DNA of 64,000 nucleotides, taken from Vicugna vicugna (Eukaryota). Each line of letters opens with the position of its first letter. Positions within the stretch are counted from its first letter, which is position 1. Made by a program: the position numbers and the translations under genes. The notes under the pieces are model-generated. The model was not told the origin of the DNA. It did not search any database and worked only from the letters and a program-made list of their open reading frames with translations. The stretch covers positions 3,233,819 to 3,297,818 of the forward strand of contig MU058844.1 of the NCBI GenBank assembly GCA_013265495.1, given 5' to 3'. This document shows, piece by piece, positions 38,051 to 49,739 of the stretch.

Positions 38051-40666
38051 GTAAGAGTGAAATGCTTAGATGAATAAATTGCTAACTGTAGTCGCTTTAT
38101 GGAATACCTCCTGTGTTGTGGGTGTTTTATTTTTGTGAACATCAGGCATTTGCTAGGACCTTGGGAGTTTTCTTAGTATATTTTAATGGTATCCAGGTCT
38201 TTGTCCAGGGTATTCTGCCATTTTCATACTTGAGCTTCTTTTATTTCTTAGTATTTTGCTACAGGGAAAATAATCTTGTTAACATTCGTTCTGGTAGCTT
38301 TAATAAAGAAAACCTTGGTATTTGTTCTGGACTTGTTGATTCCATTGTTGTGTAGGATTGTGAAAAATAAAAGCCTCCTGGGAAGAAAACCTCACACTTA
38401 CGTCTTCCGCACTGCCTTGTAGATAGTAATGAGTGAATTACAGAGTTGTTTTTAGACTAGCATAGCATTAAAACTAGATCTTGAGAATCCTCTTTTTATA
38501 TCAGAGTGTGGTTTTATCATATTTATGCTGCTGCAGTGTTGTATTTAAATATCTCCTGTCATATTGAATAGTAATCTTCCTTTTGCACTGTCCTCATACA
38601 GACCAGTAACTTTAATTTTGACATTACATGTTTATGTATAATTTCCCTAACACTATCTGTTATTACTGATGTTGAAATTATTTTGATTTCTTTAATTCTA
38701 GTTAGAGAAGTAAAGAACTTTAAAAAAAATTATGAGCTTTAGGAACATTAGAACTCATTTGAAATTGTAATATTTAAAATATTTCTAATTTTAACTTGCT
38801 TATATTATAATCCAGTGTTATCTTAATGAACATTTGACAGATTTAATCTAATGGGTGTAACAGACAAGTATATAAATAAATAAGTGAAAATGCAGTATAT
38901 GGCAAATATGCACAAAGTTTTAAGATGAGTGATCATACTATGAAGGATGTAGCATTTAAGATAGGTTTGGTATGAAGTAAGAACATGACGTGAAGGAGGT
39001 CACATCAGAGGAAAGTAGGTAGGAATATGCAGGTCGTATGGGGGACGAGGTAGTCATACAGTTTGGCTGAGTAGTGATGCGCTCCTGTGGTACATGGGAC
39101 ATCTTTCCTCCCTTCACAGTGAGCTTGGTTATCTGATTTCAGTGTGAAATGTTAGAAATCTTGCACCCCTGGCTTGCTGGATAGCAAGTAGTTTGGTAGA
39201 AGGGAGATTTTCAAATCAAAACCAATTAAGCTTTGGCTCTTCTGCACCCAAGTAGCTTTGGGATGTTGGGCGGATTTTCCCTAGGTTCCAGTTTTCTCCT
39301 CTGAGAAAGAGGGTGATGACCACTAACCCTGGGTCAGTGAGACAAAATAATGCATGTGAAACCTCTAGCATGGAGTCTGATATGTAGTAACTGTACAGTA
39401 ACCATTTCCACAGTGAAATGTACAGTTTGTCCTGGACGCTCTCAAACATTAGACGAAACAGTTAAAACAGTCAAGTAGGCCAGATGATGCAACAGACGTT
39501 TTTCCGTTAGGTAGTAGAACTGAGCAAACCTGTGGCATTGAGGATATTTTTTTTTTCAGGGAATAAGGTGAGTTGGGGGTGGGGAGGGCAGTGGGAAGGA
39601 TGGACTGGAGACTTATATCAATTAGAAGTCTATTACAATAGCTCCAGCTTGAAGTAAGAGCCAGAAGAAAGCAGTAGAGTATCAGGGGGAGTAGAGTGGG
39701 GAGGAAACATTCAGAAGACTGTTCAGAGGACAAATACATAGGACTTAAGAGCTAATACTATACAGATGATGAGGAGAAAGGAAGCATTCAAGTGAGATTT
39801 TGGACTTAGGTAGAAATTATTGGGAGTAACATTGATACCTATTAGGGCAGCAAGAAGACAGTCTTTAGCCTTACATGCAGTCAACTGAAGGTGCTGGCAG
39901 AGCATCTGAGTGGAACTCTTCAACAGGGATCTAAAGCTTTGGAAAACAGTGGGAACAGAAGATGAGGATTTGGGAATCACCTGCCTAGAAGCAAGAGGCA
40001 GTGGCATCACCAAGGGAGAGAAGGAGTGTAGAGAGGCAATGTGAACAATTAAACTTCAGATAGGGAAGTATATCGTGTAACTTTTATTTACTGCTTAGCT
40101 AAAAAGTTGTAGTTAGTTTCACTAAAAATATAACTATTTTGGCATTATCTCTCATTCTGATAGAATGCCTATTTTAACAATAAGTTATTTTTTTTCTTTC
40201 ATGGTTAAAACAATATAGGTGATGAAACAACATCTCAGGTAAGGGGTTGATTGAACTTGGCTTTTTACTTTAAAAGAAGAAGATATTTGGGAATTTTGTG
40301 TTAATTAAAATTAATGTCTAATTCTGTACCAAAATAGACGGGTATATAGTCTAATCTCCTGCCACTAGGTTTTTGTGTGTGTGAAAATTTTAAAGCTCTG
40401 CATTTCCAAAAGAGAAGGTTTAGAGAATATCTAGAGTAACTGATTAAATGGAGAAAGAGCAAATGAGAACCATAAAAAGAGAACTGTGTTTTGTAAAGGG
40501 CAGGGTGAAAAGTGAGTATGATTTAAGTCCGTAAAAAGGCAACATACGTAATTCTCTGAATTCCAGATATCAGATCCCATGATTTCTAGCCCTTCCAGTT
40601 CACTTAAATGATATTACCTGTTATTTTTGTGAGTGACTGATGTTTGAATTTTACATTCCCTTTTAG

Positions 40667-40904
40667 GTGTTTCAAAATCTTGAGTGCTAATGGTGAGGCA
40701 AAAGTATTCAGACCGAGGGACCGTGATGATATTGTAAAAACTGTGATTGAACCGATGGCATCAGAAGGCTTGAGAACCATATGTCTTGCATTCAGAGATT
40801 TCCCAGCGGGAGAACCAGAACCAGAGTGGGATAATGAAAATGATATTGTCACCGGCCTTACCTGCATTGCTGTTGTGGGGATTGAAGACCCTGTGAGACC
40901 TGAG
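40667..40904 (+). CDS. ATP2B1: Exon 12 (238 nt)
   Basis: ttttag|GTGTTT...TGAG|gtggtg; encodes EGLRTIC...IEDPVRPE. Confidence 0.96.
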
Positions 40905-41196
40905 GTGGTGAAACGTTCTATGTTCTGCATGTGCAGAAGGCACTGGCTGTACACAGTTTTCTAGTAGAATCCTTGGTTTTTGTGGTTTTACTTCTCTCCT
41001 ATGTGAATCCAGGATAAGTGAGATAATAGTGCTACCTATTTATGGTTTTTAATTAGATAACTTTTGGGGGGATCCTATGTGTTTATAGCACCATAACCTA
41101 GCATAGTGCCTTGAACTGGGTTGGTTTTCAGCTCATATTTATACTGAATTACATAGTAAATACCATTAAGCTATTTCTTTTTCATGGTGTCTAGAC

Positions 41197-41383
41197 CAGC
41201 ACTGCCCAGTAGGACTTCCTGCAGTGATAGAATTGTTCTATGTGTTGTTCAGTAGAATAGTCACTAGCCACTTGAGACTGCTCAGTTCCTGAGGTGTGGC
41301 TAGTGCAACTGAAAAACTGAACTAAAAAAAAATTTTTTTTATTTAAATTTAAACATCTTGCTACCATATTGGACAGACTGCAG
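41197..41383 (+). mobile_element. MER3-like (hAT-Charlie) MITE
   Basis: cagcactgcccagtaggacttcctgcagtgatagaattgttct...gtggctagtgcaactgaaaaactgaa...gctaccatattggacag. Confidence 0.75.
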
Positions 41384-42029
41384 CTCTAGACTTTGCTTTT
41401 TTTCTTTCAATCTTTTTTCTCTTTTTTTAAGTTTATTGAGCAACTACTGTGTGCCAGGCACTCTTCCAGGATACTAGAGACATAAAGATTTTTGAGATCT
41501 GGTTCCTGGCCTCAAAGATGTCACTGACCTGGGTGGGGGTGGATAAACACATGATAATTGTAACCCAAATGTTAGCACATTGTTAGATGCATATACAGAG
41601 CATGCGCCCCCAGCATAGTCTAAAGTAACGTCTTAATTTATTGAGTTCTTTCTGTGTGCCAGATACTATGCCTAGTGCTTTACATGTATTAGTTCACTTA
41701 ACGTTCACCTTTGAGTTATAAGTATTTTTGAAAGATAAAAAAATAAAGTTGAAATGTGTAGAGGTTAGCTCTAGACCATGGAGCTAGTATGTTCAAACCA
41801 AGCTCTGTCTAAAAAAACTTGCGCTTAAAAGCCTACTGTGCAATATTAACCTTTGGAGGAGTCAGGTAAGACTTCCCAGAGGTTAATTACCTGATGTGAG
41901 TCTTCAAGGATGAGGCGATATTAGCTGGACCGAGAGAGAGAACAGTAAGCATGTGCCGAGCAAAGAAGCAACATGAATAGTGGCACAAAGGCAAAAGCGG
42001 CTTTTGTTCACTGGCCATCATCAGCTAAT

Positions 42030-42900
42030 TAAGCCAACACCCTCTGTAGTACCAGGCACTCTTCTAGGAACTGGAAATACTGCAGTAAACAATAGTCATC
42101 AAATGTATGTTCTAGAGAAGTAACACAACCGATAAAAAGATAAAATGATAGATACACAGACAGCTGTGCCAAGTGAAAATACATTCTGTGAGGAGTGAGA
42201 CTAGATCCCTGCCCTTATATTCTGTTAGGCACAGGGTTAGGGGGTGGGAACTGACAATTACAAGTGTGATAATGGCTATAAAGGAAAGGCTCAGGGTAAT
42301 AAAATAGAGATGACTAAGAGACCACGTTAAGGATCTCTGAGGATGTAACATTGGAGCTGAGATCTAATGGCTAAAAGTGAGCCAGCTGTGTTGATAGCTG
42401 CAGAACAGTGTTCTAAGAAATGGGACAAAAAATGTGGGAGACTGAATGTGAGAAAGTATTTAGCTATTTCAAAGATGAAAAGGAGGCCAGTGTGGCTGTA
42501 TGTTTGGACAAAAAGGGGCAGGCGAGATTATCTTTGGCCTTACTAGGCAATAATGGCTCTGAATTTTATCCTGAAATTCAATGGGAAGTAATTAAAGAAA
42601 TTCAGGCTGGGAAGTGACATGATTCATGTTGTTAAAATAGTATCTTGGATACTTTGTAAGAAATGAATTAGGAAGAGGAGTAAAAGCAGGGAATCCTGTA
42701 AGATGACTGCAGCGATCCCCGGCAAGAGATGACTGTGGCTTAACACTGCAGTTATGGCAGGGAAGATGGAAAGAAAGGTATGATTTCAAAGTAAATGGAA
42801 GTAGAACCAATAGGAATGAATATGCTGGCTTTGGATATACTCTTTTTGACATTGTTGAGGTGTCTGAAACATCCAAATATATGTCAAGTAGGCAATAGGA
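42030..42900 (-). mobile_element. Degraded L2 LINE
   Basis: accaggcactcttctaggaactggaaatactgcagtaaac...aggaggccagtgtggctg...ttgaggtgtctgaaacatccaaat. Confidence 0.65.
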
Positions 42901-43949
42901 CCTAGGAGCCTGAAAGTGGTGTAGGATAGAGATTTCACATGTGAGGCTGAGGGAGGACTCTCAAGGAAAATGTGTAGCTAGGGGAAGAAGCTGAGGACTG
43001 AGGTATCTTCTCCACAATTAGGTATCTTCTAGAGAAGTGGGAACCAGTCTCTTGAGTTGCATAACTGGGTGGCTGGTAGATTGTAATAAGAAAATCAGAA
43101 GCAGCCTGTTTAAAAATCAAGATAAATTCAGTTTTGGGTTGTGGAGTTGCAAATGCTTATTAAATATCCAGGTGGATAATGTTTGCCAAGCTTTGGTCAA
43201 GGGAAAACCATTCAGTTTTCTTCATTGATTTATGACTTAAATCTTATCTAAGCATGATACTAAATCAGGATGTCTACAGTTTTTGTCCTCTGGGAAGGGT
43301 ATTGCTGTTACTGTGCTCTTGGCTTTGAGTCTGGACAGTTTTTTTAAACATGTAAGTAACCATTTTTTTCAGTATCACAAAATGAAATGGGTCCTTTCGT
43401 ACTAACGTGAGACAGTGTAGTATGAGATGGCTTTCTCAGATGGGTATCTGGACTGTGCAGTTCTGATGTAGAGAGTCTTGATTAGATATTTGGAATAAAT
43501 CCAGCATGTGTACTTGAAGAACAAGATATTTGGCTTCTCTTCAGTGTTTTTACTTACCAAAGTGGAGGTAGTTTGAGTTTTACATGGAAGTATTTGATGG
43601 TTAGTGGGCCATTAATAAATTTAGTTTACTTTCTTAAATGTAATTTGCCATATAGTTTTAACCAAGACCAGTTTCTCACTCTCATTCATTGTTTTCCTAT
43701 TCCAAATGATCTCAGGGAACCACCTAATCATTGAGCGCTTAAATGGACAAATATGTATCTTTTAATTTTTATCTCAAGTGAGATACCAAGATATATATTA
43801 CATTTATACAGCAGATCAATGTTTTCAAAATCAAGTTTTTTTTCTTTTTTTTTAATAATACAGGCTTGTGAAGGCAGAATTCTGTCTAGGGAGGCCATGA
43901 AAACTCCCAGAGATGTTACATTTACACTGTATTTACAAAAGAAGTCACA

Positions 43950-43999
43950 ACCAGCTTGTAGGCCAAAGTTAGCATTTAGTCAAGTTATCTGTGGACCTG

Positions 44000-44045
<46 letters not shown>

Positions 44046-44253
44046 GTATTGAGAGACTGCATATATGCACATAAATCGGGATTTCTGCTTTCTCGTGAAC
44101 GTATAGATTTTGTCAGCATTTCCACCATGGTCAAAATAGACTAGAGCTGAGTGCTCTTTCTTTAGGTATTGTCTTGGGTTTGTCACTTTCAGCGTGTTTT
44201 CCTCATTTCTGTTGCCTACATGGCCCTGTAGGTATTTGCATTTGCTGCCTCTG
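43950..44253. mobile_element. MER102-like (hAT-Charlie) element containing (GT)20 at 44002-44041
   Basis: ataaatcgggatttctgctttctcgtgaa...ctagagctgagt...tggccctgtaggtatttgcatttgctgcctctg. Confidence 0.6.
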
Positions 44254-44778
44254 TTCTGGTGGGATCAGTATGGATTTTCTGGTTAGAGGAGGTGAGCGGA
44301 AAAGGATTTTCTAGGCAAAGGGAACTACAGAAGTAAAGATACAAAAATAATACAGAGATTATTCATCTATCAAGCTGGGTATAGTAGAAAAAAGTTAGAT
44401 AAATATAGGAAACTATTCTAAATCTCAAGTGTGATACTCTGTTATACTGAGAACTTTGTGACTTATTGTATAACAGTTGGGGAATCATATATTTTTAAGA
44501 AATTGTATTAGGAAAAGAACTCTATTGTCAAATATATCAGATATTTCAAAGGAGGGGAGAAACACAAACACAGGGACAGCAATTAAAAAAAAAAAAAGAA
44601 GCCATTACAATAGCTGAGGCAGCAAGCAGTGGAGACAGGGTGCTGGAAGTTTGAGGTAGAATCCGCAGGATTCATTGGCCTTTAAGGATGTATAGGGTAA
44701 GGGTGATGGAAGAAGTCAGCTAATCCTTGGGTTTCTGTTAGATAGAAAACATGGTTTCCCTTTTGGATACCTAAATTC

Positions 44779-44881
44779 TTTTTTTGTGTTGGGGGTAATT
44801 AGGTTTATTTATTTTTAGAGGAGGTACTGCGGATTGAACCCAGGACCTTGTGCATGCTAAGCATGTGCTCTGCCCTCCCCC
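44779..44881 (-). mobile_element. Vic-1-like camelid tRNA-derived SINE (A-box region missing)
   Basis: Minus strand reads GGGGGAGGGCAGAGCACATGCTTAGCATGCACAAGGTCCTGGGTTCAATCCGCAGTACCTCC...AATAAATAAACCTAATTACCCCC...A-tail; B box at 44831-44840; degenerate TSD at 44766-44778 and 44883-44895. Confidence 0.8.
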
Positions 44882-45400
44882 AGACACCCAAATCCTGATG
44901 TCCACTTTTCTGATGGAACTAGTAATCCAGCTCTCACAGTGAGCTGGGAAAAATATGTATAGGTTTGAAAGTTACTAGCACATAGATGGTAGTTGGAAGC
45001 ACCAGAGTAGGTAAGATAATCCTTAAAAGATAAGGAAGGGGAACAAAACAAGTGAGCCACCCATAAGCCCAAAGGACACCAACATTTACCCTAGTGTGGT
45101 CTGGGCTGTAAACCAGAGAGGTAGAATGCCAAACCAGAAAGAATTGCCTAATGGTTGCCAGGGGGAAAAGCTGCTTTAAAAAGTCTGGCAAGTAAATAAT
45201 GCAAACAGACTGAAAATGAAGCCTGAGCTAGGACTGTGGCGCTGAAATAGGAAGGAAGAGTTTGTTGGGAAATACTTCAAGAACTATTCAGTATCTTGAG
45301 ATGAAATTAAAGTTGTCACTTGTGGGACTTTGAGGCAATGGATATTTGTTCAGTGGGATTTACCCACCTTTGTAATGTGAATTTTCCCCCACCAAACCAG

Positions 45401-45580
45401 GTACCAGACGCAATAAAGAAATGTCAGAGGGCTGGAATTACTGTTCGGATGGTCACTGGTGATAATATTAATACTGCTCGAGCTATTGCTACCAAATGTG
45501 GTATTTTACATCCAGGGGAAGATTTCCTATGCCTGGAAGGTAAAGATTTCAACAGAAGAATACGAAATGAAAAGGGAGAG
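45401..45580 (+). CDS. ATP2B1: Exon 13 (180 nt), TGDN motif
   Basis: aaccag|GTACCA...GGAGAG|gtaagc. Confidence 0.98.
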
Positions 45581-45942
45581 GTAAGCGTTTCTTATTTTTT
45601 AAGTTGATACGTTTTTAGTGTATTAGAAATTTCACTCGACAAATATATCTTGAATATGTACTACGTGTTAGGAATCACACATGAATCAGTGCAGCCCTTC
45701 AGAAGATAAAGGGAACAGGAGATAAAGAAATTTACCCTAAAGGGAGTGAGTGCTTCTTTTCAGTCTCTGCCCAAGAAGTACCAAAGGTGTGAGCGAGTAG
45801 CCGGAGATGAGTTTGAAAAGGTTGATACGGAGCATATTTTAGGGGGGACCTCAAACTCTCTGGGCTTCTTAGGCTAAGAAGTTTTCATTTTCATAGGCAG
45901 TGGGGAGATTTTTTTAATTTGATCTTGTAATTATAAACATAG

Positions 45943-46131
45943 CAGTGGTTCTCAAACTTGAGTATGCATCAGAGTGACCTGGAGAGCTTTTTAAAACTTT
46001 GATTACTAGGCCCCACCCCAGAGTATTTGATAAGATAGGCCTTGGGGCATTGCTCAACAATTTGCATTTCTAACAAGTTCCCAGGCATTGCTGATACTGC
46101 TGGTCTGTTAACCACACTTTGAGAACCACTG
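45943..46131 (-). mobile_element. Full-length MER5A MITE with perfect 14-bp terminal inverted repeats
   Basis: CAGTGGTTCTCAAA ... TTTGAGAACCACTG; internal tttgcatttctaacaagttcccagg. Confidence 0.92.
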
Positions 46132-46202
46132 ATTCATATGCTAGATTTTGGAATTAGGAAACTAGGATTTGGGCACATTTTAACTTTGCCAACAATTTCT
46201 AG

Positions 46203-46325
<123 letters not shown>

Positions 46326-46664
46326 TAACAGAAATGAGTTTTACATCCTAAAATAGTAATAGATACTGAATATAGGATTGAATCCTGGATATCATCTTTT
46401 CTAATGAACTCTATCTACATACATTTCTTCTGCTCCCTTGGGGGACTTGTGTTTATCTTCAGGGATTAAAACAGGATATCACTCCTAATAAAACAGTTTC
46501 TGAAGTTGGTCCTTGCCCAGCATCTCAGCAGTTTCATTTCTCTACATTTGATTATTTATTTTTAACCGTGAATCTGTAAAACCAGCTAGCCAAGATATTC
46601 TGCAGAGTCACCTTACTAATTAAAGGGATTGTTTTTACAGCACAAATATTTACTTTTATTTCAG

Positions 46665-46771
46665 GTATAATTGACAGCACCGTCTCAGAACAACGCCAGG
46701 TTGTAGCCGTGACGGGTGATGGTACAAATGATGGCCCGGCATTAAAGAAAGCTGATGTTGGATTTGCAATG
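46665..46771 (+). CDS. ATP2B1: Exon 15 (107 nt; not in the ORF track), GDGTND hinge
   Basis: tttcag|GTATA...CAATG|gtagga; encodes [23 protein letters not shown]. Confidence 0.98.
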
Positions 46772-49739
46772 GTAGGAATTTACCTATTCGAGTATTCAGA
46801 TGTAATTTACCTGCTGGGTTTTTTGTTTGTTTCATTTGTTTGTTACTAAACTGCTATTGCTTTTATACACTGTCCCTCGAGAATAGTTTGAGGGATAATT
46901 TATAAGCCTTAAAATGGCTTATAAGCCAAATTAGTTTATAATACACCTTTATTTGATGCTAGAAGATGACTTCTTTTGAACAGTTATAGTAAGATCATAC
47001 ATTTACCTTGTACTTTAAAATATTTAAACGTCTATCATCTCATCTGACCCTTACAACAGTCCTCTTAAGTAAAAGACAGGCTTAGAACAGTTATGTGTAT
47101 TTAAATTAAGAATATAATTAAAAATCTTCCACTCAACTGAAAATGTCTTTTAAGAGTAGTCATTTCATGTATAATAGATGTAATCTTTCTTAATTAAAAA
47201 AGTCTGCTTCCCCACCTAAATTCTCAGTTCATATTTGATTATTAAAAGTAGTAGGCAAGTTCAGCATTTCATTATTATTTTTTTATAGTATAGCCAGTAG
47301 TGTAGAATAGATACCACGAAATACATATGCTACATAAACGTTTAATGAGTGAAAAAGCTTGTTATATCTTTGAATCCATTCCTTCCAGTTTTTCAGTGTT
47401 GGGATGAATCTTTGTTCCTTCAGTGCCATAGAAAATTTAAGTATTTAATTTTAATTTGATTTATTTTATTTTGGAAAATATATGTTCATAATCATAATTC
47501 TGAAATCCAAAAATCTAAAAACTAATTTTTCTCCTAAATTTGCAACAGACTGTTTGATTGCACAACTTACTCTGAATTTATGTGAGGATGTTATTTGTCC
47601 CACTTAATTTGAACATCCATAGTCTTTGTAGAGATACTAATATGTTTTTATGGGGTGCTAACCCTCTGGGAGAATTTGTAATAGAAGGCATGTACCTCAT
47701 TATCTTTCTAAAGAATGAGAGACTTTGAATTCTGAGACACAATCTGGCTCCAAATGTTTCAGATAAGAGAATATTTATGTGTACCAGTGGTGGGCTTTTT
47801 TTGCATAATTTGTCACCTAATATTTTGCTGCTCAAGTATTTGGGATTTAGCAGAGCCACCACCATAGTGGCAGCCTTTCAACAGGAGTGAGGCAAATGGA
47901 AGAAGGAAATTACATAGTTCCAGTCCCCTCGACCAATAACTGTGCACCCAAAGATTCCTACCTCATCCTATTCCAAATTTATTGTGGTAAGCAGCACACT
48001 GGTGTGAACTTCTGAAGACTTGTGAAAAGTAGCTGAAGGGATAAAGAATATGTAAGGGCTGTTCCTTTGTAGACAAAACAGGGTCATTCACTTTAGAAAC
48101 AGGGTCACTCACTGCTGCTCTTGATCATTTAGCAGGATTCTTACTGCTACTTTCATCTGGACTGCTCACCAGGAAGGCATTTATGTACAATGCATTTTAA
48201 AATAAAACAGCTTTCTTCCCAAAACTTAAGTATTTCAGGCAGATACTAAAGGCTTTAAATAAATGCAGTTAAATGTAGTAATGCAAACAGAAACACAGTG
48301 CAGCAGCTGCTCTGTTTGATTTTTCAGCCTTTTGAAGGTTTTAGGCCCATTTTACCACTTTTTTTAAGGTAACACATCAAAAAAAATCTGAATTATTTTA
48401 AATATACAGGGAAAGAATAAGTACTTAGTGGTTTGGACTTGAAAGCATTCTGACTCAAGCTTGAATTTACTTTGTGTTTTTGTTCAGTTCTTCAGTTTCA
48501 TATTTTAAAACTGAAAGGTGAAATTATTTGTTTGGGGCTTTTATTAGATACCTACAAGAAATTGCTATTGATTAGTTCTTTCTAAAACCTGTTTCTTATT
48601 TTTCGAGCAGAAATAGCATTTTAAAACTCCCTTTCTCTCGTGCACTCTCTGTATATGTACACACACTATATATTTAGCAAATTAAACATTAAAATAAAAT
48701 GTACACCAATAAAATAAAGGAACTAGTGTGAGTACGTTATTAGCTTATGGAGGGGTCTGGCATTTTGCCCTATTTAGCCGCTCCTTTTAGAATTCCTTTA
48801 GATAGCAAGCCTTCGTAGCGTGCTTAAAATATGATTACATTATTTTAGATTATATTTTATTATTCTACCACCAAAATTCAAATTTCTGTCAGCCACACAA
48901 GAACAGATATTTCTGTTATCAAAGACTAAATACTATGATGTATTTCTGTAACCAAGTATACATCCCTGGTAGGAAAAAACTTCCCTAAGATAATGTGAAT
49001 ACCATAATTTAAAGTCTTTTTAGATTTTGGATCAATAATAATTTGTTTCTTCTTCAAACATTAAGAATCTGTTTTCAATACTCTGGTCCAGAAACATTAG
49101 AGGTGAGTAGTTGCTACCTCCTAAAGGTTCAGCACACAAGGAAATAAATCATCAAAGCACAGTGGCAGCCAGTGAAGGTCTAAACACAGCACGGGGACTC
49201 TGCCATAGAGGCATTTGAAAGAGGTGCCATTTGAGCTGAGGGATGGAGAAAACTCCTGCCAGGAGATGTCAGAGAATGACAAGTAGTTTAACAAGACTAG
49301 AAGAAGGTGTTTTGGTGGGTCCTGGATGTGAAGAAGGAGGATTTGCTACCTGAGGAGGGCCTTAAAGGCTGAGATGAGGGATTTGTTCTTTTATCTGACA
49401 GAGGAGCATTTCCCAAGCAGTCTTCTGATGCAGGCAAAAAAATCTGGAGACATTAGCATGCATCTCTGAGAAGCTCATAAAAAAAGCTGTTTAATTTTTT
49501 TTTGGTGTAAAGTTTCCCACACTTGTTTACCTGTAAAACTAGTTTTTATTTGGATACCAATTAACATCTACAGTAACTTTTTAAATTTTGAAGGATTTTG
49601 AACAAGGGAGTAATGAGATTTGCATTTGCAAAAGACAATGATTAGAGGCAGGGAAACCTGTTTGGTTTAGTTGTGTTAGATATGTTTCACATTAAAATAT
49701 TCAGGTTAGGAGTTAGAGGCTAAAATTTTAAATTAAGAT

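Noticed and set aside
46900..46928. 14-bp palindrome TGGCTTATAAGCCA with an adjacent half copy
   Set aside because: Short and AT-rich; compatible with chance or local repair.
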